Below are positions 1-12,846 of a DNA stretch of 64,000 nucleotides, piece by piece. The notes beneath the pieces were generated by a model. It had not been told where the DNA came from. It saw nothing but the letters and a program-made list of their open reading frames with translations, and made no database searches. The stretch lies in assembly GCA_028534125.1 (NCBI GenBank), contig CM052837.1, positions 17,918,001 to 17,982,000 on the forward strand. Reading direction: 5' to 3'. Every line of letters starts with the position of its first letter. The stretch's first letter is position 1. The translations under genes were made by a program, and so were the position numbers. The DNA is from Lama glama. Its lineage: Eukaryota.

Positions 1-2547
1 AAAGCTCTTTTTAATGTTTGAAGAATAAATGTGTACAGAAAAGAAAAATATTTGTACATCTAAGTTAATTGAGCATGGAAATGTAATTTAGAAAAAAAAA
101 TTTAAGTCCCAGCTAACTTGGTAGTTATCTTACTATTTGAAAGATGGAACTGGGCACATATGCCTTTGTATTGGGCAAGCATTTTTACTTACTAGAATAT
201 AATTAAAATAGCAAAAGTTGACAGCGTTTTAAAATTTAATACTTTTCAATCTGTAAGAGTAACAGCTGTGTATATTTGGGGGAGGATGGACCTAGATAAA
301 TACAGCATCTTTGGGATGGAAGGGCTTTTGGAGGAGAGAGTTGTATGAACAAAAAATCTGTTGTCTGCACTAGTCTGTGATATTCCCCATCAATCTAAAA
401 ACATGGATATTCAGCTTCTTTATAGTTAACACAATTAATAGATTCATGACTTATATAACAGTATACTGTCTTCATTATATGTGTGATGTACACATATTTT
501 TGAGGAGTAATTTTTTTAAGGTGGTATTAATGGATTTATATAGCTCTATCTTCATACTTACTTTATCTCCCTAGTGTCAAATAAAGTGTGAATTTTTAAG
601 ATTGACAGGACAGTCTGTGGCCTAGAATTAGAATAAGCATAACTTGCTTATACTTGTGCTATGTTAACGTCATGCTTCAACAGACTGAATGCACATAATT
701 ACCTTTTATGTCTTTTTCTCCCTTTTCATCAACTAACAGTTGTTAACTCTTGCTTGGTAGTGTCCTAACATGGTGAAAGATAGTGAAAACAGGACCAACA
801 ATTTGGAACAGAAACATTGTGAAAGATTTTAATGCATCTAGGGAAGGGTGAAGGAGTTCTAGAAAATGGAGACAGAATGACCATGACTTAGAGGAGAACC
901 TCCTAATTGGGATATAGAACTGTTCATGAGAATGGATGCTAGTGAGTATCAGAGTTTAGGGACTGTGAACCATGAAGGTCAGTTTGAGGGAAAAAAATAG
1001 CAACATAGAATGGGAATTCTTGTTGAAATGTGTACCTGGTAGGAAAGTGCAGAATAGGTTGAATCCCAGAGAAGGTCCAGTTAGACAAATGAGGGACTAA
1101 TCTAAGGCTCTTGACAGTAGAGAGAGGGCTGAAGATGAGTATGAACAGGTAGAAGTGAAAAGGTCATGTTGGCTCATTGAAAGTGGGGAGATGTGAAAGA
1201 GAAGGTAATTTAAGTCCAGCAAAGCTTGAAGGTTGTGTCATTTTTGACACATTGTGATTTCGTGTTGCCTACTTTAGGCATTCAGAGTATGGTAGAGAAA
1301 TAGACAAAGCCTTTATTCCCCCAAAGATGGATATCCGTCAAGCAGAATAAACAAGGGCCAAGGGAATAGCCTGAGCGAAGTCACTAAAGTGAAAGTTCTT
1401 GTATGTGGGAAGTAGAAACAGGGTCAGCAAAGCTAATGCATAATGAGGACAGGACAGGTAGGGGATGAGATAGAGAGATATGCTTGGGCTACATCAGCAG
1501 TTCTCAAACTCTTGGTTTCAGGATCTCTTTGCACTTTAAAAATTGCTAAGACCCCCAAATAACATTTTTTTTTATGGGAGATAATGCGCGTGCGCGCGAG
1601 CACACACACGTTGCCATCAGAATTTAAAATAAGATTTTTAAAACATTAATTCCCATTATGTCTTAATATAAATAACATTTTTATGAAAAAAAATTTTTTG
1701 AGAGTAAAGTCAATGTTTTTTATCACATAAAAAAGTGATTTATGTCAGTTTGTGATACAATGTTATTGTGGCAATATCTGAATGGGATGTACATAAACTT
1801 TCTGAAAGATGTATGCAAGAATATTCATGAAAATAGTGTTCAAAATGGTTAAAATTAGAAACAACTCAACATCAACCATAAATGGATAAATAAATTGTGG
1901 TATATCATACAAGAGAATATTATTCAGCAGTAAAAATGCACACTATACAAAGAAAATATATGAGTCTCAAAATCACAATGTTGAGCAAATCAGGTAAAAA
2001 TAGTACATATTGTATGAGACCACTTATATTATGTGCAAAAAGTGTAGAAGAGGTACATGGTTTCAAAGGCAGAATGAGTAATGCCTGGGGGTGGGGGCGG
2101 TAGTGATGGTGGGAAGAAGTATGAGTCCCCCTGGGTCCTGCTATTCTATTTCTTGATCTGAATGCTGATTAAATTGATAGGGTTATTTTGTTAAAATTAA
2201 TCTATTTCTGCACATAATAGTTTACAGTCTTTTCTGTGTGTATTTTGGATTTCAATAAAAGTGTACTCTAAAAAGTGCAATGGCAGAAAATCTAAGCTTG
2301 GAGACCTGTTATCTGTAAGGAAATGAATAGACAAATTTATCAGATTTGTGATGTCAAATAATTTCTTCTTCCTTGTACCCAAAAAGTTATTATGTATGAT
2401 CTGAATTGTCAGAGTGTATGTTTCACTTAAAGTGAAGTTTTTGTTAGCAAAAACAAACATCTGAATCATGACTTTCATGTTTTACGTTATCTCTTTAACC
2501 CAGACATGTTATGTTACCAAATACAGAATTAGGAAAGCTTTGTGGTG

Positions 2548-3862
2548 TTTTTTGTTTTTTGTTTTTAACATTTTTTTATTGAGTTATACTCATTTTACAA
2601 TGTTGTGTCAAATTCCACTGTAGAGCACAATTTTTCTGTTATACATGAACATACATATATTCATGGTCACATTTTTTTTCGCTGTGAGCTACCACAGGAT
2701 CTTGTATATATTTCCCTGTACTATACAGTATAATCTTGTTTATCTATTCTACATTTGGAAATCCCAGTCTGTCCCTTCCCACCCTCTGCCCCCTTGGCAA
2801 CCACAAGTTTGTATTCTGTGTCTATGAATCTGTTTCTGTTTTGTATTTATGTTTTGTTTTTGTTTTGTTTTTTTAGATTCCACATATGAGCGATCTCATA
2901 TGGTATTTTTCTTTCTCTTTCTGGCTTCACTTAGAATGACAGTATCCAGGTTGCTACAAATGNNNNNNNNNNNNNNNNNNNNNNNNNNNNNNNNNNNNNN
3001 NNNNNNNNNNNNNNNNNNNNNNNNNNNNNNNNNNNNNNNNNNNNNNNNNNNNNNNNNNNNNNNNNNNNNNNNNNNNNNNNNNNNNNNNNNNNNNNNNNNN
3101 NNNNNNTGCAGGTGTCATTTTGAAGTAGGGTTCCTTCTGGATATATGCTCAGGAGCGGGATTCCTGGGTCATATGGTAAGTCTATTCCTAGTCTTTTGAG
3201 GAATCTCCATGCTGTTTTCCACAGTGGCTGCACCAAACTGCATTCCCACCAGCAGTGAAGGAGGGTTCCCTTTTCTCCACAGCCCCTCCAGCATTTGTCA
3301 TTTGTGGACTTTTAAATGATGGCCACTCTGACTGATGTGAGGTGATACCTCATTGTAGTTTTGATTTGCATTTCTCTGATAATTAGTGATATTGAGCATT
3401 TTTTCATGTGCCTATTGATCATTTGTATTTCTTCCTTGGAGAATTGCTTGTTTAGGTCTTTTGCCCATTTTTGGATTGGGTTGTTTGTTTTTTTCTTATT
3501 AAGTTGTATGAGCTGCTTATATATTCTGGAGATCAAGNNNNNNNNNNNNNNNNNNNNNNNNNNNNNNNNNNNNNNNNNNNNNNNNNNNNNNNNNNNNNNN
3601 NNNNNNNNNNNNNNNNNNNNNNNNNNNNNNNNNNNNNNNNNNNNNNNNNNNNNNNNNNNNNNNNNNNNNNNTATTGCTTGGGTAGATTGCCCTAGGAGAA
3701 CATTTTTGAGATGTATGTCAGATAATGCTTTGCCTATATTTTCTTCTAGGAGGTTTGTTGTGTCTTTTCTTATGTTTAAGTCTTGGATCCATTTTAGTTT
3801 ATTTTTGTGTATGGTGTAAGGGAGTATTCTAGCTTCATTGATTTCCATGCTGCTGTCCAGTT
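2548..3862 (-). mobile_element. Young 5'-truncated LINE-1 (ORF2 C-terminus + 3'UTR), with two gaps
   Basis: Minus-strand ORFs carry L1 ORF2 motifs ([59 protein letters not shown]); T-rich tail at ~2548. Confidence 0.92.
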
Positions 3863-5964
3863 TGAAAATATTTTTAAAGTAATAGAAGAGTGGCTCTGTT
3901 AGCAGTTTTGAAAATCTCTCTAATGACTGGAGTGGACGATAACTGGATTCTCATGTCTGCTCTGCATTGAGTCTCTTATGGTATCACTTACCATGTAGTC
4001 ACCGGTAAAAGCCACTGTACACTCATAAAGGAGTACGATTAAAGAAGGCAGATAACCTATTTTTTTTTTAATTAAAATTGCTTTGACCCTCCAGAACCCT
4101 GAAGGGTTCCCAGACCACAGTGAGAAAACATTTGAGTAGATCACTGCATTTAAGCCAAGGTGAAGAGTTTGTATTTTATTGTAAGAGCACTGGGCAGCCA
4201 TTAGAGGAATTTAAATAGCTCTGTGACAAGATCTGAAAAAACAGCACTTTGGCTGTTACATGGAGAATGGATTGGAAGGGACAAAAGCAGAAGCAGAAAT
4301 AATACTTAGGCAGTCATAGTAGTACAGGTGACAGTTGGCAGTGGCTTCAGCTAAAGTATAACTGTGGAGATGGGAAAAGTAATATATTTTGATACGTTTT
4401 AGAGTTGAGCTGTCGGGATTTACTGCTGTATTCTAGAAGGATCTGTGTCCCAAAGAAATTGTAGCACAGATGCATCAGTAAGTGGAACCAGAGACACCAC
4501 AGGGTTTGAATTTTAGGAAAGCCATTAACTAGCTGTGTGAGAAAATTATCATTTCTCCCTGTCTACAGAAAAAAAAAAAAAACATGTAGGAAGGATTTTA
4601 TTTGACCAAGAAATTTGGAGTTAGCTTATTCTCTGACAGTCTCAACCCTCTGAGTTACCGGACTTTGTCTGCATGTGTTTGGCCAGAACAGTAATTGTTG
4701 CACAGTGTTGAGGTTGAGGTTTCGATTGTGATAGGGGTACCCTCCATGGCAAGGCAACATGCTAATCAAATATAATTTTAAGTCATTCTGTTCATGTGAG
4801 AAATACTAACTTGATGGAGACTTGAAACAGATGGTGTACAGTTGGAATAGATAACTATATTATTCCAAATAAACATTTGTTGGAGCTGGGAAGCAGCAAT
4901 CCATATTTTACTTTTCCCTATTTACATTATGAAGTCAGCTGTGTTGCTGCTGCTTTTAACTTACATTAAGGTTATCAACAGGGTTTTGATATTGGCAGGC
5001 AATTACAATGTATCTTTAAATATCAAAATCATTAGCATTTGAAAAGACCCTTTAGTTACTTTCGACATAAAATGATGTAATAATTGTTAATACATTCCTG
5101 ATGGATAGCTGTCTAACAATATCTTACTGTAGAATAGTGTGACAGAGCACTTTAATTGTTACTTTATTGGCCTTTCAAACACCTCCCTTCCTTCCATGTT
5201 ACAGATGAGGAAAGCAGGGCTCTGGAGTGACTTGTCCAAGGTACCACAGCTGATAAATTAGCAGAACAATCAGGATTCAAAGTCACATCTTGTTTCATGC
5301 CAGTCTTCTTTATTCTGTAATAGCCTGCCTTTGACTCTTCAAGGACTTAAATCTCCAGCTGGTTTGGAATTTAATCCTTTTGTCAGACAGTCCTTTTCTT
5401 ACCTTTTGCTGCGAACTATCTTTTTCATATTTATTATATATTCTGTTTCAGCTAAGATACAGTCTTAAATTGGGAGAAGGAAAATTATATATTAACTTTT
5501 TTATCTGGCCTAAAGCACTTTAGCCTTTGTGCCTGACTTTTTCCAATTTAAGTTCTAGAGTGAAATCTGTGCGTAGTCTCTTAAATGCTTCTGTATCCTT
5601 TGCTACAAATAATATTTGTTCTAACCTTCTTTATAATTGTGTTCTTGTTTGTTGATGCTTTGACAAAAGCCAAAGTTTTAAAATAATTGGTTTTAAAGAT
5701 ATTTTCTTAATCATAGGTCTAATCCCTATAATAACCTAAACAGCTAGAATGTATTCCTATATGAATATTTGTATATCTAATTTTGAAAATCACATTGCCT
5801 ATAGCTTGGCAGATATGCTCTTTACTTGACTTCTGTTTTTTCCCCATTTCCCTGGCTGCTCATTTTCTTTCTTTTTTTTCTTAATTTTCTTTTCAGTTTT
5901 ATTGAGATATAATTGACATACAGCTCTGTTTAAGGTGTACCGCATAATAACTTGACATAGTGCT

Positions 5965-6545
5965 GCTCATTTTCAGTCTCCTTTTTTAGTTTCTTCTCAT
6001 CTTCCACGATCCCTCAAAATTGGAGTACCTAAGGATCAGTCCTTGAACCTCTACTCTATGCTCACTTCCTCTGATATATCGAGCTTTAAATAGCATCTAC
6101 AGTGGGGAGGGTACAGTTCAGTGGTAGAGTGTGTGCCTAGTATGCACAAGGGCCTGGGTTCAATCCCCAGTACTGCCATCAAACAAACAAACAGACCTAA
6201 TTACCTCTCCCCCCAAAAAAACAAAAAAATTTTTAATAAAAAAATAGCGTCTATATATCATCATTTGACAACATTTAGTCACGAGCTCAGACTTTCCCAC
6301 CACAGGCCTCATCTCCAGACTTTTATATCCAGCTGCCTGTTGAGCATCCCCATTTGAATATCTCCTGGGCATTTCAAACTTAGTCCTGGTCTCAAACTAC
6401 ACCTCCTGTCACATTTTCCCTTTTCCGGGTAAATAGCATCTCTGTCCTTCCACTTGCTCAGGCTGAAAAACTCCAAATTGTTCCTTGATCTCTGTCTTGT
6501 TTTATGTATTGCTCTATCCTTAGCAGTAGGATACCTTATTGGCAT
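5965..6545 (+). mobile_element. L2 fragment interrupted by the SINE
   Basis: ggatcagtccttgaacctctact...ccagacttttatatccagctgcctgttgagcatcccca..gggcatttcaaactta. Confidence 0.6.
6102..6241 (+). mobile_element. tRNA-derived SINE (camelid Vic-1-like)
   Basis: ggggagggtacagttcagtggtagag...gggttcaatcccc A/B boxes, A-rich tail, TSD aaatagc(a/g)tcta(c/t)a at 6088-6101 and 6242-6255. Confidence 0.9.
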
Positions 6546-6651
6546 TCAGTTATTTTCAAGTGAGTGAATGAGAGATTACTAAAATTCAATTCAGGAAAAC
6601 CTGCTCAACCTCCTTAACTTAATTGCTTCCTTCATCTCTCCCTACATCCAC

Positions 6652-7033
6652 TATTACAGGGCTGATTTGTGTCCCCTGAAAATTCATATGTTAAAGTCCT
6701 CTAACCACTCAACACCCCAGAATGTGACTGAATTCTGAGATAGGGTCTTTAAGGAGGTAATTAAGTTAAAATGAGGTCATTAGGGTTGGTCCTAATCCAG
6801 TATGACTGGTCTTCTTATAAGAGAACCCAGACCCAGATATCTTCAGAGGGAGGACTGTGTGAACACATGGGGAGAAGACAACTACTTACAAGCCAAAGAA
6901 AGACGTTTCAGAAGAAACCAACCCTGACAACACCTCTCAGACTTCTAGCTTCCAGAATTGTGAGAATTTTAATTTCTGTTATTTAACCTACATAATCTGT
7001 GATACTTTCTTCCAGCAGCCAAACTAACATAAC
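6652..7033 (+). mobile_element. MaLR LTR (MLT1B-like)
   Basis: gtgtcccc..aaattcatatgtt...gatagggtctttaaggaggtaattaagttaaaatgaggtcattaggg...cttccagaattgtgaga. Confidence 0.85.
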
Positions 7034-7113
7034 AACAACAACAACAAAAACAGTTCCATAAAAAGCAACTGTACCCTTTTTCATATTCCATTCTAGGAAA
7101 GTAACACCTTTCT

Positions 7114-7229
7114 CCCCAGCTCCTCCCCACAGAGGCACTGGGAATTGACCCCAGGACCTGGTGCACACCAAGCTTGCACTATACCACTAAGCTATTCACT
7201 CTCCCCCCTCACCCCCCTCCCGACCCCAG
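7114..7229 (-). mobile_element. tRNA-derived SINE
   Basis: Reverse A/B boxes; perfect 14-bp TSD agtaacacctttct at 7100-7113 and 7230-7243. Confidence 0.85.
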
Positions 7230-8199
7230 AGTAACACCTTTCTTACCATGTTCTTTTTTCTGTCCTCCTTTGTTGTCCTGTTTGTGTTTTTCCTGTGAAT
7301 GGTATTGTTCTGAAAGAGCTTTGCTAGATAGAAGATGGACATGGGTGACTCAGCCTGGCTGTCCAGAACTGGGAACTGAAAAGAAAAGAGAAATGCAAAG
7401 AGAATGTTATGTGAAACAATATGGATAAGTTGCAGAATGTGGGAAATGGTGAACTTGTAAACATGTTGTAAATCTATTACTATATCACTAATCCAAAGAA
7501 ACTGATTAACAGCTTGAAGAAGATCTGAATAAACTACTAATGTGAGAACATACATTTAGTGTATAATAGTCACTAACTATACCCTCCCACCCAAGAAGGA
7601 AGGGTTTATTATTTGCAGCACGTAATACTGAACACTGGGGATCTTCCCTGAAGCAACATCTCCAGTCACTAGCTATTCTTAATCAGTACTGAAAATGAAG
7701 TGAAAGTTAATAGAATAAAAATCAGCAGGCATAATTTAATTTAGTTTTATTTTCAAACATCACATCTTTTTTTTTCCCAACTTCTCATAGCCATAATTTC
7801 CTCATGTTTATACTGGTAACTCCCAATTCTAGACCAGACTATTCAACTCTAAACTTTTTAATTTATCACTTAAGAACCTCCAATTGGCTATCTCAGAGTC
7901 ATCATGAAAGCAGTATGGCCAATACTGAACTCATCATTTCTCCCCTCTGACATATTCATCCTCCCTCTGGTGGCCTCTACCTTGGCCAATAATTCCAGTT
8001 GTTCCCTAACTTATTTACTGTATCTAATCAATCAACAAATCCTATTTATTCTAACTCTAAATATTTTTGAAATCTACCCCCTTTTTCAATTCCCATTGCC
8101 ACTCCTCTCCCAGTCCACAATCATCTCCTACTATAACAGCCTTGTAAGTAGTTTCTTCCTGCATTATGACCATTTTCCCCATTTCTTAAGAAGTATTTC

Positions 8200-10110
8200 A
8201 AGTTGACAAAATAAGAAAAAAGCACAGTATAACAAACACTTATGTGCTTTGTCACTCTTAGCTTTGTCAAATTTTAATGTTTTGTCTTAAAATTTACTTC
8301 AGATCTTTTGAAGAAGTGAAACATTAGAACTACAATTTAACTGTGCCTGATCCGTTCCTTTTCTTCCCTTTGCAGTAATTATCCTGAATTTGATGTTTAT
8401 TATTCTCTTGCTTTGAAAAAATATTTTACTACATATACATGTGTAAATATATCATATGTAAATAAATTCTTTATCATATGTAAATTTTTTAATGGTTTTA
8501 GACTTTATGAAAGTATTGTACTACCCATATTTTTCCTGCAACATACCCTTTTTACCCAATATTGCTATATTGTTTTGGGATTTATCCTTTTGATACATAT
8601 AGCTCTAGTTTCATTAAATTATTTTAATAGTATTGACTGTTTCACTTAAGAATATGCCACAGTTTAGTTGTGTGTTCTCTGTTGCTGTACATTTAACCTG
8701 TTTCTCTTACACATAAATTGTAGTAATTGCTCTTCAAGTTACACCAAAAGTCTTGCTGGCATGTAATAAGAATTGCTTTGAATTTATCATTAAAATAAAG
8801 AGAAAATAGTTAGTGGTAGTGAGTCTTCCCATCCATCAGCATGATAAGTCTTTCCAATTATGTTAGTCTCTTTTTGTGACTTTCAGTCTACTTATATGCT
8901 TTATAAAGGTTTTATGTATCTTGTGTTAGATTTATTCCTAGGTGGTTTAATTTTTGTTGTATAGTCATATCCTTTTGAAATTATTGTTTATTTTCTGGTG
9001 TATAGGAATGCAATTAATTTTTAAAATGTAGGACTTTTATCTAGTAACCTTGCTGAACCTGCATGTTAATTCTAATAATGGGTGGTAGAGTCTCTTGATA
9101 CTATATAGAAAGTCATCCAGTGTGTACAAAATGATAGTTTTTTTCTTTCCAATCCTTCTATCCATTAGGGTTGATTAACTATCATGCTGCTATGGCTTGT
9201 CTCTTGAGTAAAAGTTGAATACAAGCGTTAATACTGGACATCTTTATCTTTCAGAGTGGAAGGGCATTGCTTATAATATTTCACCAATAAGTATATGGGT
9301 ATTTAGAGGCGACCCTTTATCAAGTTAAGGGATTGATCTTCTATTTCTAGTTTTATTCATATTCATGAGTGGAAGTTGGGTTTTATCAAATGCTTTTCTG
9401 TAATTATAGAGGTAATTTTAAGGTCTTTTAAAAAAATCTGTTAATATGGCGAATTACTGGATTTTCTAACACTAAGTTATACTTACATTCTTGGATAAAC
9501 TTTACATGATTGTGATTTTAAAAAAATACATTATTGGATTTGGTTTGCTAATTTTCTCAGCCTTATTGTGGTATAATTTATGTATAGTAAAGGTCACCCA
9601 TTTAATGTATACAATTTGAGTTTTAGCAATGTATATATAGTGTGTTAGTGCCATTATTACAATCAAGATATGAAATACTTCCATCACCATAAAAAGATTT
9701 ATCATGCCACCTAATGTCCTCCTTTGTATTCAGTTTCTTCCCATCAGTCCCAGGCACCGATCTGCTTTTTGTCACTAATTTTGTCTTGTCTAAAATTTCA
9801 TATAAATAGGATAATACAGTATGTAGTTTTGTTGTGTGTCTGGCATTTTTCACTTGGTCTAGTACTTCTGGTAATCATCCATGGTGTTGGATGCATTATA
9901 TATCAGTAGTGTGTTCCTTCTTGTAGATGTGTTACAATTTGTGCTTCTTTGATGGCTAGTATGTCATGCATCTTTTTATGTCTTTATTGGCAGTTTGTAT
10001 ATCTTCTTTTGGGAATTGTCTCTTTAAATCTGTTTTGCACATTCTTTAAATTGTGTTGTTTGTTACTATCAAGTTTTTAGAGTTATTTATATGTTTTGGG
10101 TATCTCTATA
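8200..10110 (-). mobile_element. Degenerate L1M fragments
   Basis: T-rich strand with L1 3'-end phrases (tttatcaaatgcttttctg, ttccatcacc, tcatccatggtgttggatgcat); boundaries approximate. Confidence 0.6.
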
Positions 10111-10547
10111 TCTGGTGTCAGATTGCACTGGTAGAAGATAGAGAAAAGAGGAATGACTAAGGAGGAAATTAGCATAATCATGAAACAAATGATCCTTCAC
10201 AGGTATGCTGGTCATCTTTGAAGTTCTTAAGTTTCTCTGATTTTTGGAAGAACATCAGATAAATAGCCTCATTTTTGCAACTCCTCAGCTCTGACTTCAT
10301 GTTGTTAGTGTTCTGTGTTTAAATAATGTGCTCTTTATGTAATTTTTTTGTTTTTAAAATAATTTTTCTATGTTATTTTCCTTGGAGATCAATAAGTAAA
10401 GGTCTCTTTATATCTAATCTTAAGAAAATAAAAATGCTACTCAGATGAACCACTTAAGTGGATGCTATAAAAAAGATTTTATAGGCATAGAAATAAAAAA
10501 GTAAGAATTAGACATCTGAATGTTTCCAGTTTTTAAATCAACCATAG

Positions 10548-10741
10548 CAGATATTGGTGAACTATGGCACCCATTGCTTGTCTGCAAATAAAGTTTTGTT
10601 GGAACACAGCCCATTCCTTTTTGTATTGTCTAATGTGCCACCACAGCAGAGTTGAATAGTTGTGACAGAGACCATATGGTCCAAAATGCCAAAATACTTA
10701 CTATCTTGCCCTTTGTAGAAAAAGTTTGCTGCTGATCCTTG
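10548..10741 (+). mobile_element. MER58A-like hAT-Charlie MITE
   Basis: aaataaagttttgttggaacacagc...gcagagttgaatagttgtgacagagaccatatgg...ccctttgtagaaaaagtttgc. Confidence 0.85.
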
Positions 10742-11769
10742 AGCTGTAGAAATGTGTTAGATAAATTAATTTTCCAGTGTATTTCTGAATGTGGAATGGA
10801 AAAATTTGTTTTTTCAATCCCTGTTGTTAGTATATGGTAAAGCATTCATGTTGTTTTGAGTTCTGTCTTCAGGGTCCCTTGTGAAATATTTTCTTGCAGT
10901 TTCTTTACTTGAGTTCTTATGCCTCAGTTTTTGTTGAATAATAACTTATCTGTCATTACAAACTTATTGCTGGCTATTTCTGCATATGAAGCCTGCATGT
11001 TATTAGAAAGTTGCATGAGTTGCCAGGTTTGTGGCAGAGCTACAAGGATGGGAAATGCTCATGCTTAAGCATATGCTATGCCCATCATCCGTTTAGCCAG
11101 CCTTATAAGGCTATAAGTGCAACAGTAATTTTGATGTTCTTTCCTCTATCTTTAGCAGATTAAAATAGTTAGTTTTGGAAATGCTTCTCATCTTGCAGTT
11201 ACACATTTAGAACATTTACCTATGCTTGGCAATGGTTAAAGAGAAACTGGTCAAGAAAACCTTTTTCCTGATTTTTTTCTTGGTTCTCATCCCAACTTTA
11301 GGGGCACTGTTCAAACTATATCCTTCATGCTTTTGTCCTTATGTGCTGCCTGGAAAGCCCATGTAGCCTTCCCAGTAAACTACTTAATGGTTTATAAAGA
11401 CTTCCCTGGCTTTCATAAGTAAGTAATGCTTCTATTTTACTTTCTTAGTATTTTGTACACATTTAAATCTATCTGTCTTTCCCATAACTCAGAACCCTGT
11501 CTTCTTTTACCTCTTTCCCAAAGCCTGGCAAATACAGGGCAATCAGTAGCATGGGATCTAGAGAGCCTCAAAATTCAGCTACAAATGATTGGAAACAATG
11601 CAATTATTTATCAATAGAGGATTGTTTAAATAAAACTGTGGTACACCCCCATGATGGAATATCATGCATCTATCAAAAAAAAACGGTTGTGGAATTAAAA
11701 ATTTCAGGATATACTGTGAAATTATAAAATGAAACAAAAAACCAAGGAGCAGTACAGTTTGTATGTGGT

Positions 11770-12200
11770 ATAGATCAGTTACCTATTGGTCTACTGCTAT
11801 ATAACAAACCATGTTAAAACTTAGTGGCCTAAAACAATAAGCTTTTTATTTATTTATTTTTGCTTATGAGTCTGTGAGTCAGGAAATTCTCCTGCTCTTA
11901 GTTGTGCTCACTCATTCATATGTCTGCAATCAGCTAACTGCAGATCAGACTCATGAGGTTAGGCTTTCACATGTTTGGGGATCAGCTGGCCTTGTATGCT
12001 GATACAGCTTGTTTCTGCTCCATGTGGCCTCATCCTCCAGGAAACTAGTCTGGATTTGCTTTCATGGCAGGTTAAAGGTTCCAAGACAGGTGTAGAACTG
12101 GTACTCTGTCATTTCTATCACATTATATTGTCCAAAGCAAATCAGAGGGCCTGGCCAGATTCAGGGGATAGGGAGATAGACCTATTTCCTGATGCATTGC
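11770..12200 (-). mobile_element. Old MaLR LTR (MLT1-type)
   Basis: ctgctatataacaaacca..aaaacttagtggcctaaaacaataa...ccagattcagggg. Confidence 0.6.
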
Positions 12201-12732
12201 AAAAGGCAGGGCTACAGAGATGCCATTATTGGGGATACTCAGTTCAATGTAACTATGCTGCCTCTGTATAAATGGGGGTGGGGTAATATATTTGCTCATT
12301 TGTTCCCAGAGGAAAAATGGATAGATACACAAGAAACAGATTAAAATGGTTGCCTCTGAGATGGGGTATGTAGGGACAAGAGCAAGGAGTATTTCTTTTT
12401 ATAGCATTGATTTTTGAATGATATAAATGTATGTTTATAAATATACAGAAGAGAACTATCTACCTTTGCTTCTGTCCCACAAAATAATTCTTTAGACTGT
12501 CACAATTGTTTCTTAGTTTGATTTGTTTTAAAGAAACAGATGGTAATGGCTTCCTTGGTCAACTTGTTTGGAATGATCAGTATTCCTGTACTATGCATCT
12601 GACAGATTTATATATTCAGCTAATTTTCCTCAGGGAGGATAATCAGGAGTGCTTGACCTTCTACCTTCTTCTACCTAGAGCTCAGCATAGATAAACATCT
12701 CAGTGGCCAAATAAAATTATTAATTCTGGTAG

Positions 12733-12846
12733 TTTTTTTTTTAATATTGAATGCTTCCTGAATTTGCATGTCATCCTTACACAGAGTCTATGCTAATCTT
12801 CTCTGTATCATTCCAATTTTAGTATATGTGCTGCTGAAATGAGCAC
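12733..12846 (-). pseudogene. U6 snRNA processed pseudogene with poly(A)
   Basis: Reverse complement GTGCTCATTTCAGCAGCACATATACTAAAATTGGAATGATACAGAGAAGATTAGCAT...CAATATT + A10 is full-length U6 with decayed CpGs; TSD at 12725-12738 / 12847-12860. Confidence 0.95.

Noticed and set aside
1586-1610. Alternating purine-pyrimidine (CG/CA) tract, possible Z-DNA; similar at 37581-37600
   Set aside because: Ordinary microsatellite inside repeats
1495-4145. Single Charlie1 element split by later insertions
   Set aside because: The two fragments appear to cover overlapping consensus positions and no shared junction is evident, so they were treated as separate copies
10152-10205. ATG ACT AAG GAG...CACAG|GTATGC as a possible alternative CBFA2T2 first exon
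   Set aside because: Phase 2 donor, whereas exon 2 needs phase 1; little resemblance to recalled MTGR1 N-termini
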